Origin: Alphaproteobacteria bacterium
GTDB lineage: Bacteria > Pseudomonadota > Alphaproteobacteria > UBA828
Assembly: GCA_965214705.1 (NCBI GenBank)
Contig: OZ243972.1
Coordinates: forward strand, 1,440,001 to 1,504,000
Direction of reading: 5' to 3'
Length of the DNA: 64,000 nt
Both the position numbers and the translations under genes were made by a program. Position 1 is the stretch's first letter, and every line of letters starts with the position of its first letter. A model generated the notes under the pieces. It searched no databases. It was not told where the DNA came from and worked only from the letters and a program-made list of their open reading frames with translations. Below, piece by piece: positions 46,560 to 57,269 of this stretch.

Positions 46560-47902
46560 AGCCACTCCACGTAGCGCGCGCGCTCGGTTTCCGGCACCTG
46601 GCGGCGGAATTCGTCGTACTCGTAGCGCTTGATCAGGGCGTAGTTGCGGCAGAATTCCTCGCCAAACCAGTCCTTGGCCCAATCGGATGCCTCGAACCTC
46701 GCAAGCGCTTCGCCCCAGTCGTCGGGCAGCCGGGTCACGTCCTGCTCGTCGAGATCGCCCTCCGCCGGCGGGCCCGGATCGGTCTTGTTGGCGACACCGT
46801 CGAGGCCTGCTGCGAGATAGGCGGCCAAGGCGAGGTAGACGTTGACGTCGCCGCCGCAGACCCGGAGCTCCGGTCGTGTTGCGGCGGGAGCCTCGTTGAT
46901 CAGGCGGATCGCGGCGGTGCGGTTGTCCACGCCCCAGGCGAGCGAGATCGGGGCGAAGGCGCCGGGTACCAGCCTGCGGTAAGAATTGGAGTTGGGGAAG
47001 AAGACGGCGGTGAGCTCGGTCAAGCGGGCAAGCACACCGCCCATGAAGTGCCGGCAGGTGTCGTTGATGTGCTGCGGCTCGTCCGGCGCCGCGAAGGCGT
47101 TGTTGCCGTCGCCATCCACCAGCGACATGTGGATGTGGCAGGAGTTGCCGGTCATCTTGTCGAACGGCTTGGCCATGAAGGTGACGCGGCGGCCCATCTG
47201 CATCGCCGCCTCCTTCATGGTGGCGCGGAAAAGGTGCCCGTCGTCGCCCATTTCGCGCACCGGGCGGTGGCGAATGCTGACCTCGTACTGGCCGGGCCCC
47301 CACTCATAGTGGCTGCATTCGAGCTCGCCGTGGGCGGCGACCGCGTCGAGCAGCGAGTATTCCTCGGCGAGGAACTGGGTGCGCTTCTGCATCGAGTAGC
47401 ACTGCAGCCCGGAATCGAGCCTCTCGTGCTCTTCATCGAGGAGGAAGAACTCGAACTCGGGCGCGCAGCGGGCGCCGTAGCCCATTGCCTCCATGCGATC
47501 GGCGACGCGGTGCAGCACGTTGCGGGGCTCGCCTTCCACCAGCCGCCCGTCAGGCCACACCATCTTGCCCATCACCAGCGCCGTGTCAGGCTCATGACGC
47601 AGAATGCGCATGCTGGAGAGGTCGGGCACGGCGATGAAATCGGCGTAGCCGATGTTCTCGCCGTAGTCGGTGCCGAGGACCACGTTGGCGCCGATGTCGA
47701 AGGCCATGACCGTGGCACAGAAGGCGATGCCGTGGTGCATCGTGCGCTCGAAGTGGGCGATGTCCATCGCCTTGCCGCGGGAAACGCCGCCATAGTCGCA
47801 ATACTCGACGCGGACGCGCTGGACGCCGTTGGCGCGCAGCCAGTCGATGACCTGATCGCTCGTGCCCGTGAAGCGCACAGGGCCCGTTGCCGCCTCGCTC
47901 AT
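46556..47902 (-). CDS. Glutamine synthetase family protein (gamma-glutamyl-amine ligase type)
   Basis: APEFEFF, EWGPGQYE, TFMAKP, GNSCHIHMSL, NSYRRL, WGVDNRTAAIR, ELR. Confidence 0.92.
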   Translation of the reverse strand: MSEAATGPVRFTGTSDQVIDWLRANGVQRVRVEYCDYGGVSRGKAMDIAHFERTMHHGIAFCATVMAFDIGANVVLGTDYGENIGYADFIAVPDLSSMRILRHEPDTALVMGKMVWPDGRLVEGEPRNVLHRVADRMEAMGYGARCAPEFEFFLLDEEHERLDSGLQCYSMQKRTQFLAEEYSLLDAVAAHGELECSHYEWGPGQYEVSIRHRPVREMGDDGHLFRATMKEAAMQMGRRVTFMAKPFDKMTGNSCHIHMSLVDGDGNNAFAAPDEPQHINDTCRHFMGGVLARLTELTAVFFPNSNSYRRLVPGAFAPISLAWGVDNRTAAIRLINEAPAATRPELRVCGGDVNVYLALAAYLAAGLDGVANKTDPGPPAEGDLDEQDVTRLPDDWGEALARFEASDWAKDWFGEEFCRNYALIKRYEYDEFRRQVPETERARYVEWL

Positions 47903-48206
47903 TCCTCGACGCTCCCGTTGGTCGGCTCGCGGGGCCGTACCATACCGGCAGAGCTGCGGGCGCTCAAAGCGGGGGCTCGTTATCATCTCCCTCAAGCGCC
48001 GGGCGCTCGCTCCGCTCGCTTGGCTACGCGCCTATCGGTGCTATTCTTGAGCTTGGTTTATGATATGGCATTAGTCAGTAAAGTCATTACATTACAGATT
48101 ATAGCCTCTCCACATGTAGCATTTTACACTACATTGCAAACACCGAGTCAACACATGCGTCGGACTCTGTGCGGCCGGGTGTGAGAAGGGTCGTGGCCGG
48201 GTAGGA

Positions 48207-48703
48207 GTAACCGTTCCGCCGCCTAGGGATTGCAGCGCCGGCAGCGGTTTTGACCTTCCCAGAGTAGCCTACGGCGGCGCGATGCGCTGGTAACTGTTCC
48301 GAGCATGCGCTAGCGTCGGGCGCATGTCGATGCGCGACGAGGATTTAGGCACGGCCCTGACGCTGGCCGAGGACGAGGCCGGGATTTGGTCGCCGTCGCA
48401 GACGCCGCCGGCGCGTGCGCCTCGCGACCATCGATCACCATATGAGCAGGAGCGCGCTCGGGCCGATGCGGCCGAAGCGCGTTGCGAGGAGTTGCGCCGG
48501 TCGGAGATGGCCTCTCGCTCCCGGGCGGGGTCTCTGAAGTCGCAGCTCGACGCCAGCCGGACCAAGCTGAAGGCGGCAGAGGACGAGATCGAGGAAGTCC
48601 GCCGCGCGTCGAAGAACGCCCTCGCCTTGCAGGCCGAAGTGACGCGGCTGGAGAGGCTGCTTTCGGGAGCCGGCGTTGAGTCGAGCAAGCGCAGCACGGT
48701 CAT
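48207..48703 (+). pseudogene. Left end and N-terminal coiled-coil part of a probable IS66-family element, cut by IS1634
   Basis: GTAACCGTTC terminus-like sequence at 48207. ORF from 48324 (EQERARADAAEARCEELR...) is cut at the IS1634 TIR. Confidence 0.5.
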
Positions 48704-50863
48704 CCCAAGTTGGCACTTTTTCCGACCAGCCGAGCCTGTTCGAGCTAGTTTTGCGGCGCTGAACCACTAGATGTTGGGGTTGGAGGACACCTGAGACCCA
48801 CATTTGCCATTCGTGGTCCTGGAAGCCAATTGTGGGGCCAGGACTTTGGAGTTGAGTCGATATCCCTCTTGCCAGATGCCGCGAACGCCGTGTATGCGAA
48901 ACAGGCATCGCAGAAACGGCGCCGCCATGTACATCAAGGCAACCAGGACACACACCGACAAGGCCGGCCAGCCGGTCCGAAGCCATCGCCTCGTGCTCGC
49001 CCAGCGCGTCGGCGACAAGGTGCGCCACAGGACGCTGCTCAATCTCGGCACCGACTATCCGGTGCCGCGCGAGAAGTGGAAGGCCGTCACCGAACTCGCC
49101 GAGGCGCTGCTTCACGGCAAGCCGCCGCTGTTCGAGGGCGAGGCGGATGTGCGGGCCGCAGCCGAGGACATCGTCGCCAAGCTCAGGGCCAGGGGGTTCC
49201 GCGTCGAGGCGATGCAGGAAGAGGCGCGCAAGCCCGACATCGCCACCGTCGACCTCGATACCCTGGAGCACGAGAACCCGCGCACGGTCGGCTGCGAGCG
49301 CCTGTGCCTCAAGGCCCTCGACGCCCTCGGCTTCGCCGAAATCCTCCACGGCCTCGACATCAAGGGCCGCGACGGGCGCATCGCCAGCGCGCTGATCGTC
49401 GCCAGGATGGTCCATCCCGCCAGCGAGCGTGATACCAGCCGCTGGCTCCGCCACGACAGCGCGGCCGCCGAGCTCCTGGGCCTGGAGGGCGACCGCAAGG
49501 CGCTGCGGCGCAAGACGCTCTACCGCATCGGCGACCTGCTCTGGCGCCACCGCGCCGCCATCCAGCGGGAGCTGTTCAACCGTGAGCGCGCACTGCTCGA
49601 CCTGCCCGAGACGATCGCCTTCTACGATCTCACCAACGTCCACTACCACGGCCACACGGGCGGCGAGCTTCCCAGGTTCGGGCGCTCCAAGCAGAAGCGC
49701 GACGACTGTCCCCTCATCACGCTGGCGCTGGCGCTCGACGGCGCGGGCTTCCCGCGCAGTTGCGAGATCCTGCCGGGCAACGTGAGCGAGCCGGGCACGC
49801 TGCACGAGGCGCTGGCGCGGCTCGAGGCGGTGTGCGGCGGCACGGCGCCGAAGCCCACGGTGGTCATGGACGCGGGCATCGCCACCGAGGAGAACATCGT
49901 CTGGCTGGGCGAGCAGGGCTACGACTGGATCGCGGTCAGCCGCGGTGCCAGGCCTGCGCCGCCCGAGGGCGGACCCGAGGCCCTGCTGATCACCAGCGCG
50001 CGCCACGAGGTGCGGGCCTGGCGGCTTGCCAGCGAGGACGGCGAGGCGCGGCTCTACGTCGTCAGCGAGGGCAAGAAGAAGGCCGAGAACGCGATCATCG
50101 GCCTGAGGCGGAACCGCTTCGAGGCGGCGCTGGAAAGGCTCCACGGCGGCCTCCCGGTCAAGGGCCGCCTCAAGCGCTACGACAAGGTGCTGGAGAGCAT
50201 AGGCCGCCTCAAGCAGCGCTTCTCCGCCGTCGCCAGGCACTACGAGATCACGGTCGAGAGGGCGAAAACCGGCCCCAATGCCACCGCCGTGCGCTTCAAG
50301 CGCAGGCCGCGATACGACGAGGCCGATGAGGGCGCCGGTGCCTATGTGCTGCGCACCAGCCACGTCGACTGGGACATCGAGACGGTCCTGCGGACGTACT
50401 GGCGGATCACGGATATCGAGGCGACATTCCGGAGCCTGAAATCCGAGCTCGGCCTTCGCCCGATCTGGCACCAGCTCGACCGGCGCATCGCGGCCCACCT
50501 GCTGATCGCCGTGCTGGCCTACCACGCCGTGCATCTGATCCGTACCCGGCTGGCCGCGCGCGGCATCCACAAGTGCTGGGCGTCGATCCGCGAGAGCATG
50601 CGGACCTGGGTGCGGATCACCACGCGCCTGCGCCAGACCGACGGCACCTTGATCGTCAACCGCCAGGACACGCGCCCGGCCGCCGAGGTTGCCGCAATCT
50701 CCTCGGCGGCGGGCGTGGACCCCGCCATCCACCGCACGAGGACCCGTCTGATGAGCTGACAGAATCTCACAAAATGTGGGGCCATGTTGGAATCGACCGA
50801 GAAAAATATCGCGTTGAATCAAACCAATAGGGAACACAGGCAGCGGAAAAGTGCCAACTTGGG
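48704..50863 (+). mobile_element. IS1634-family insertion sequence (second, divergent)
   Basis: TIRs CCCAAGTTGGCACTTTTTCCG (48704-48724) and CGGAAAAGTGCCAACTTGGG (50844-50863); no matching TSD. Confidence 0.88.
48927..50759 (+). CDS. IS1634-family transposase
   Basis: KVRHRTLLNLG, FYDLTNVHYHG, FGRSKQKRDDCP, VVMDAGI, IEATFRSLKSELGLRPIWHQ. Confidence 0.92.
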   Translation: MYIKATRTHTDKAGQPVRSHRLVLAQRVGDKVRHRTLLNLGTDYPVPREKWKAVTELAEALLHGKPPLFEGEADVRAAAEDIVAKLRARGFRVEAMQEEARKPDIATVDLDTLEHENPRTVGCERLCLKALDALGFAEILHGLDIKGRDGRIASALIVARMVHPASERDTSRWLRHDSAAAELLGLEGDRKALRRKTLYRIGDLLWRHRAAIQRELFNRERALLDLPETIAFYDLTNVHYHGHTGGELPRFGRSKQKRDDCPLITLALALDGAGFPRSCEILPGNVSEPGTLHEALARLEAVCGGTAPKPTVVMDAGIATEENIVWLGEQGYDWIAVSRGARPAPPEGGPEALLITSARHEVRAWRLASEDGEARLYVVSEGKKKAENAIIGLRRNRFEAALERLHGGLPVKGRLKRYDKVLESIGRLKQRFSAVARHYEITVERAKTGPNATAVRFKRRPRYDEADEGAGAYVLRTSHVDWDIETVLRTYWRITDIEATFRSLKSELGLRPIWHQLDRRIAAHLLIAVLAYHAVHLIRTRLAARGIHKCWASIRESMRTWVRITTRLRQTDGTLIVNRQDTRPAAEVAAISSAAGVDPAIHRTRTRLMS

Positions 50864-51474
50864 TCAAGGGTTTCGGCGTAAGGGTCCTGCCCTCGGGCGC
50901 CAGGCGCTACTTCATCCACAGCCAGCACAACGGGCGCCGGTTCTGGAAGATCGTCGGCCAGGCCGGGGACATCGGCCTGGACGAAGCACGCAGCCGGGCC
51001 AGGACCCTGCTGGCCGCGATCCGCAACGGAAGCGGCGACGAGACCGCAGCACCCGCGGACGCCGCCTTCGAGACGGTCGCCGAAGAAGTCTTCCGCCGCT
51101 ACGCCCGGAACTGGAAGCCGTCCACGCTCAAGGTCAACCGGGGCTACTACAAGAACCAGATCCTGCCCTGGTTCGAGGGGCGTCCCATCGCAGACATCGC
51201 CGCGAGCGACGTCAGGCAATGGTTCGCCTCCCTGCACGAGACCCCGGTGGCGGCCGACCGCTCGGCTCCGGTCCTCTCGGTCATCTTGAGCCAGGCCGAG
51301 GTCTACGGCTACCGGCCCGAGGGCACCAACCCGTGCGCCGGCATCAAGCGCTACCGCCGCCAGAGCCGCGAGCGCTTCCTGTCTACCGCCGACATGCGCC
51401 GGCTGGGCGAAGTGCTGACGCGCCATGAGGCCGATAATCCGCAGGCCGTAGCGATCATACGGCTGCTGCTGCTC
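50864..51474 (+). pseudogene. Truncated tyrosine integrase, paralog of 14900-16021
   Basis: KGFGVRVLPSG...FETVAEEVFRRY..WKP.TL.VNRGY..NQI...AIIRLLLL aligns with the 14900-16021 protein; the catalytic half is missing. Confidence 0.88.
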
Positions 51475-52120
51475 AGCACCTGCGCCAGCGACCGCAACGA
51501 GTTGGTGGCGGACATCGCGGCGATCGCGGCCGAGGTGGGCCGGCCCGAGACGGTGCTGGCGGACAACGGCTATGCCAACGGAGCGGAGGTGGCGGCGCTT
51601 GAAGCGCGCGGCATCGAGGCTCTGGTGGCGACGGCTTCGGAAGACCGGCGGCGGCGCCACGACTTCCGCCCGGCCGGGGCCGGGACGGCGGTGAAGGAAG
51701 CCAAGGCCGCCTGGCTGCGGGAGATGGCGATCAAGCTCGACAGCGAGGAGGGCCGGGCGCTATACAGGCTGCGTCGGCAAACCGTCGAGCCGGTGTTCGG
51801 CGTCATCAAGGCGGTCCTCGGCTTCACCCGCTTCTCGCTGCGCGGCCTCGACAAGGTGGCCGGCGAGTGGGACCTGGTGGCGCTGGCCCACAACTGCAAG
51901 CGCCTGCACAAGCTGACGCTGTCCATGGCGTCGTGACGGCGTTCCTGGCCCGACTCCTCGACGCAACCAAGTCGACACAGCCCAGCAGTACCCGAAATCG
52001 ACGTTCCGGCGATCGCCCCAACCCCATCTCCGTCGTCTCATCCAACCTCGATCGTACCGCCGGCAGACAACGGCCAGATCACTCATAATCGCAAGCCCAC
52101 CCCAAAGTCCGACAGACTGC
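51475..52120 (+). pseudogene. IS1182-family transposase C-terminal fragment and right end
   Basis: VLADNGY...YRLRRQTVEPVFGVIK..LGFTRFSLRGL.KV.GEW.LV.LAHNCKRL (stop at 51936); end-like AAGTCCGACAGACTGC at about 52105-52120. Confidence 0.85.
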
Positions 52121-52450
52121 CAGGGCGCGAGCAGCACCAGCACCTCTTCGTCCGCCTCGGTGAACCCGCCCGCCTTGGTGCCAAGGAAGAAGCTGCCCAC
52201 GTGGACGCCCCGGTGGCGCATCGGCGTGCCTTGGAACGCGCCGCAGTCGATCGGGCAGGGCGTAGGGATCAGCGCGTTCACGAAGTCCGCGAGAATCACC
52301 AGCCGGAGCGGTGCGGCGAGGCCGGCGAGATGAGCGAACAGGCCCGGCCCGTCGGACCAGCCCTCCAGCGCCCGGTGCTCGTCCTCCGTCAATCCGGAGG
52401 TGACGAAGTCGCCGGGGCGTCCGGCGGCATCGACTGCGGATGTGGGTCAT
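52121..52450 (-). pseudogene. GAF-domain regulator fragment
   Basis: FQGTPMRHRGVHVGSFFLGTKAGGFTEADEEVLVLLA, cut by the IS1182 end. Confidence 0.6.
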
Positions 52451-52732
52451 AAGTTACTATCAGGATACTTTAAGACGTAATTTAGCGATACACAAGAGAT
52501 GTTATTCTACACTTGTCGGCTTTAATATCTCCCTGACTCATCCTTTGCGCAACGTCTTCCGCGACGGTCTTGTCATGCGTTACTATGCGAGTATGATGCG
52601 CGGCTTAGATTAAGGAAGAGAACAAGTTCACGGGGGGTTGGGCGATGCGAACGAGTTGGCCTGGACTACTGGGCGAGGCGCGGGCGGCCGGTGCGGACAG
52701 TGAGCGGTTGCCCCTGCAGGACTTCGTGATTC

Positions 52733-53608
52733 GTGAGTGCAATGAAGCGCCAATGCGCCATACTTGCGTGTTCAGCCATGAGGGCGCTCCGTCGGGCCGC
52801 GGCGGCGCCCTCATTCTCCGGCCGCTCCCGTTTCCCACGCCGGGACCGCGCCTCTGAGCCAAGCCCTTCCGGTTCGCGCCGCCCACCGCGCGGCGAGGCC
52901 GCTTCCCGCTCTTCCTCCCGTGCCGTCCCTGGACGCCGGTCCGGCTCCGCGCGCGTCCTTGCCGGAGCGTTCGTGCTGCTCGCCCTCGGCGTGCTCGCCG
53001 CTCCCCTGGCCGAGGCGCAGACTCTGCCTGACGTCGTCGTTCCTAAGGGGTCCCCGTACCCTGCCACGGAGGGGACCACAGTGGTGTACACCGTGGCGCT
53101 GTCTCCCGCCGGTACTCTGGCGCCCGCAGGCGGGGCAACGGTCAACCTGACCGTGTCCGACGCGACGACCGGCGGCGATTTCCTGGCGTCGGCGACCGAG
53201 GGCGCGAAGACGGTGACCATCGCCGCGGGTCAGACGTCCACCACGTACAGCGTCCCCACCGTCGACGATAATCAGGACGAGCCGGGCGGCAGTATCGCCC
53301 TAAAGATCGAGCCTGGCACGGGTTACAACAAGACGACCTTTGCGCACGAAAATTTGGTACTTGTGCGCGACAACGACCACCCGCCCGCGTCGCAGAGGCC
53401 TCGCGCGAAGGTCAAGGCGGGAACCTCGCCGGTGACGGAGGGAACGGCGGCGACCTTCACGGTGACGCTGACGCAAGCGGCGCCCACGGAAGGATTGCGC
53501 ATAGGTTTGCTTGTTCGCGAAGCCGAGGGCACCGATTTCGTGGCGGAGAAAAACCAGGGCGCCGGCAAGTCGGAGACGGTTGCGGCAGGGCAGAAGACCG
53601 CTCACTGA
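52733..53608 (+). pseudogene. Secreted Calx-beta-repeat adhesin-like protein, truncated in the second repeat
   Basis: Signal-like segment ...LAAPLAEAQ; TEGT..YTV.LS...VTIAAGQTS.TYSVPTVDD.QDEP.GSI, then VTEGTAATFTVTL...AAGQKTA followed by an abrupt stop. Start uncertain. Confidence 0.7.
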
Positions 53609-53852
53609 ATTGCGGCCCGTCTTTTGCCACCTTTCAGCGGGTCGCGAGGCCGGCGGGGAGTGCGAGAGCCCCCGCCGGCCGAACTCGCAGTGCGGTAAAC
53701 GACAAAGTGTGTCGCAAGCCGAGGGGCGTATATACAGTTGGCAAACGATGCGACGTATATGCACGCCCCTGAATAGAATTCTGTCGCCATTCTCCGCTCT
53801 TGTCCTCACAACAGCGACAAGCGGGTGCGGGAACGATCCGAGGGCCGAAGCC

Positions 53853-54245
53853 ATGGACTTCGATCAGTCAGATTTGTTGCGGGTTCTGGCCTTCATCGTC
53901 GTGGGCGGAGTTATCTATCTCGTGTTGCGGGCAGTCCCCAACGTCGCAAAGGAGATAGAAACCCCGGCACCCGTTCCGGGAGAAACAGCGCGGCAGCGCG
54001 ATCCACCGCCGTCAAATCACGTCGGATTCGCCGTCAAATGTCGCCAGAATCTCCGTCAAGTACGCCAGAATAAGCAGTGGGGAGAACGGCTCGGTCCTGC
54101 CGCAATTGAACACCTTAAGGAAGTCGTCCAGTCGAATAAGGTCTTCTCTGACCAAGGTCAGGCGGTCAGACCGCACGCAGAGCCAAGTGCAATGCCGCAG
54201 CGACGCCGATCTGCAAGGATGGTGCTGCGTCCCATGATCCACTAA
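53853..54245 (+). CDS. Hypothetical membrane-anchored protein
   Basis: N-terminal TM LLRVLAFIVVGGVIYLVL. Confidence 0.4.
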   Translation: MDFDQSDLLRVLAFIVVGGVIYLVLRAVPNVAKEIETPAPVPGETARQRDPPPSNHVGFAVKCRQNLRQVRQNKQWGERLGPAAIEHLKEVVQSNKVFSDQGQAVRPHAEPSAMPQRRRSARMVLRPMIH

Positions 54246-54265
54246 GCATCGAGGAACCGTAATTC

Positions 54266-54616
54266 ATGACCAGAGACAGCATGGAGCGCAACCCGGCTGC
54301 ACTCACGGCCGCCCGTCACCTTAGGGAGTTCGGATACACGGGCTGGCACCTGAGGCGGCGCAAGCATGATCCCAAGCCTCCCAGCGAGGTCGTGGACGGA
54401 ACAGATCGTGTAGAGCGACAGTTAGTCCAGGCCGATCATCACGCTGCCGAGCAGTTCCCGGAGCGGGATGGCTCCGCAGTGTTCCTCATGATGGGCCGCC
54501 CGCGTCCTGAAGCCGGTGACGGGCTGATCGCACTCACGCGCTACTGGCTCATCGAGGAGGTCAACGTCATGCACGATGACAAGCACGCTCCAATCTACGC
54601 CGTGCTCTGCGCATGA
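54266..54616 (+). CDS. Hypothetical protein (weakly phage-like)
   Basis: Clean 116-aa ORF with an upstream GAGG; no firm motif. Confidence 0.45.
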   Translation: MTRDSMERNPAALTAARHLREFGYTGWHLRRRKHDPKPPSEVVDGTDRVERQLVQADHHAAEQFPERDGSAVFLMMGRPRPEAGDGLIALTRYWLIEEVNVMHDDKHAPIYAVLCA

Positions 54617-55783
54617 GTCGACGGCAATGAAGGGATAGCCCGAGTGAGCCAAGAAGGGACTCTTCTCAGGCAGGATTTTCCCATCAGGGAGGCAATGAAC
54701 GGAGCTACTCATTTGCACATCGGGCGCTTTCCGCAATTCAGTACTCAATGTTGGAGAGCGTTTCCAAGACACCTGGCTAAAGCTATTCCTCTGTCGCATT
54801 TGCAAATACAGCAACTCCATTGTCCTATCGAGTCCGACGACGTTGAAGTCGGGGTCACCCATTGATTGAACTTGAACTGAAAGTAGGAAGTCTTGTCCCG
54901 CTGACTCGCGAGAGATATGCGTTCGAGCAGGATGATGACGCGCGGTGCAGCGTGGCCGTGCAGCGCCGCTATAGCAGGCGTCGCTATGTGTGTCTGCGTG
55001 CTTACCATGTAGGCTGCAGCTTCCCCCGCACTTGACCGCCCAATCCGATTCCAATTGATCGCGATCTCTCTCAGTCTCAGTTTCCATTTTCTCATGCTAT
55101 CGATCCGTTTGATTATCCATTGAGGGCTTTCTACTCGATTTATGAGAAATAATCGCTTGCCTTACGAACTTAAATCTCCTATTGATTGCTCAAATCAATA
55201 AACAAATGAAATGGGAGGATAGCGTGCTGGTTATAACAATCGGCAATGGCAAGCGGGAATCGCAATTCACGCACTGCCAGTCCGTCTCGGGCAGCTCACA
55301 CAATGATGCCAGCCTCGCCAGACTCCACACGGTCGCTGCGGCAGGCCACTTACCCACAGCTACCACCGGAAGCTTCAGCTCCTACACCACGCGTGGGAAC
55401 ACAACCCCTGTTGCCGGCAACAAATATCCGGTGCTTGCCGGCGTTGACCGTGGCACCGTCGGCAATCGTCGCCGGTGACGGTCGGCTGCAATAGCTTGTC
55501 GGGTATCTCGCTAGCCGGAGACGCACACACCTGATGTTGATGACAGGATTTCCCGAGAGAGCAGGAAAAGTAACTTCCGGCTGAGCGTCTGCGCTTAGGA
55601 TCGGTGGTGGCACTGACACCGAGCGGGACGTGCGCCGGTTATGCTGAGCGGTTACGCCCGCTGGACTGCGTGGTACGGCTGCTCGAAAGCGGACGACTTA
55701 GCGAGTGAACTCTCTAGTATCTAGAATCATTCTGGCAAGTTAGAAACAGAGACTTTCCTTGCAATAGAAACAGGCCATTAGAA

Positions 55784-56689
55784 GTGAATTACACCCCATC
55801 TCTCAACGCCCTCCGCGCCTTTGAAGTCGTTGTGCGTAGGGGCTCCATGTCAGCCGCGGCCGCAGAACTATGCATCACAGTTAGCGCGATAAGCCGCCAT
55901 GTCAGAATTCTCGAAAAGCACCTCGGCACGGAACTTCTCTTGCGTGATCGCCGCGGCATACGTCCAACAGAGACGGGTTGCCGACTCCAACAAGGCCTGG
56001 AGGCGGCCTTTACCGACATCACGACTTGCGTGGAGATTGCAACCCTCCAGCGGTTGAGAAATCAGATCAACATTTTCGCTCCTCCGATGTTCGCAGCCTA
56101 TTGGTTGATCCCGCGTCTAGACCGTTTCGAACAACTGTGTCCGGAGACCAGCATCTCCATTGAAGATAAGTGGACTTGTTCTCATGTAATTCCACCTGGT
56201 GCCGACTTGATTATCGAATACGGACGTCGGCCCGGCGATCGCGAGGATCATATTTCTGAGAGACTGACCGTCGAGGAGATCTTTCCCGTGTGTGACGTTG
56301 CTATGGGCCGGCGGGTTGCGGAGAACAGTGGTCTGTCGGGGATCACGTTGTTGCACCGCAGGGGCATCCCTCGTTCTGCCAACTGGCCAAGCTGGGTTGG
56401 TTTCGCCAAGGCCACTGGTCTCAACGGCATCGATGGCAGCCGGAGTTCTCGCTATTCTACGGCGCTGATTATGGAGGCCACTCGCGCGGGTCGGGGCCTG
56501 CTACTCACTAACACTACCGTGGCCCATGACGATCTCGCGGCCGGACGTCTGGTTCGCCCCATTGCCCAGAGCATGAGCAATGATTGTGGTTACTGGTTGC
56601 TGGCGGCGAGGGCCCAACTGAACATGCCAAGAGTTGTCTCATTCCGTGCTTGGCTGCTAGATGAACTTGCGGCTTGTTCTAGAGAATGA
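55784..56689 (+). CDS. LysR-family transcriptional regulator (GcvA-like)
   Basis: PSLNALRAFE...SMSAAAAELCIT.SAISRHVRILE..LG; WLIPRL..F; GRLVRP; FRAWL. Confidence 0.9.
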   Translation: MNYTPSLNALRAFEVVVRRGSMSAAAAELCITVSAISRHVRILEKHLGTELLLRDRRGIRPTETGCRLQQGLEAAFTDITTCVEIATLQRLRNQINIFAPPMFAAYWLIPRLDRFEQLCPETSISIEDKWTCSHVIPPGADLIIEYGRRPGDREDHISERLTVEEIFPVCDVAMGRRVAENSGLSGITLLHRRGIPRSANWPSWVGFAKATGLNGIDGSRSSRYSTALIMEATRAGRGLLLTNTTVAHDDLAAGRLVRPIAQSMSNDCGYWLLAARAQLNMPRVVSFRAWLLDELAACSRE

Positions 56690-57269
56690 GGTGACCACCA
56701 GCGATCCACGATGAGACGTTTCATCTCGTCGTCCTTTCCCACAACGGGCGTCTCCGTACGGGAAAGCCACTTGGGCGAGGGTAGCATCAAGTAGCTGTAG
56801 AATATACGTGATAGATTTCAACCTACATGTACAGGAGTTTTGTGAGTTCGCTTAGCGAGTTCAGTGGAGACAGCCTGCCCTTCTGATTGACTCGACTTGA
56901 ACGGCGAATTTGGATGGAACGAGCGGGCTTTCGAAAAACCCCTTGTGCGGATTCCTACGGACTTGCCGGCGGATCGGCCGAGTCGCCAAAAGCCCGCTAT
57001 CTTCTGCAGCTGATCGCTCCGGCCTGAGCAAGACATCAGCGCACATTACACATACCCCGATGCCCGTACTCGTGGCCCGCACCTTCGTTCAAACCAGATT
57101 GACCAGGCTCTCGCGAGCCCGCTCAATCCTTAAGATTTCCTATTTTATTTGACCGCGAATCCTGGCGATTTGACCGCCGGGGCGGTGCCGGTTGTCAGTC
57201 TCTCCCGGGTGTTGCCGTAGGGTTTCTCCGTTGCTGGTTGGGGGCCGGCCGGAGGCCAGCCCGGTGCCA

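Noticed and set aside
48040-48160. AT-rich stretch as a dif site or replication origin
   Set aside because: No XerC/D consensus, DnaA boxes or iterons were visible; more likely a promoter or island junction.
55182-55619. Short Thr/Ser-rich ORFs as RiPP precursors
   Set aside because: No modifying enzymes or transporters nearby, and the overlapping frames look like degraded sequence.
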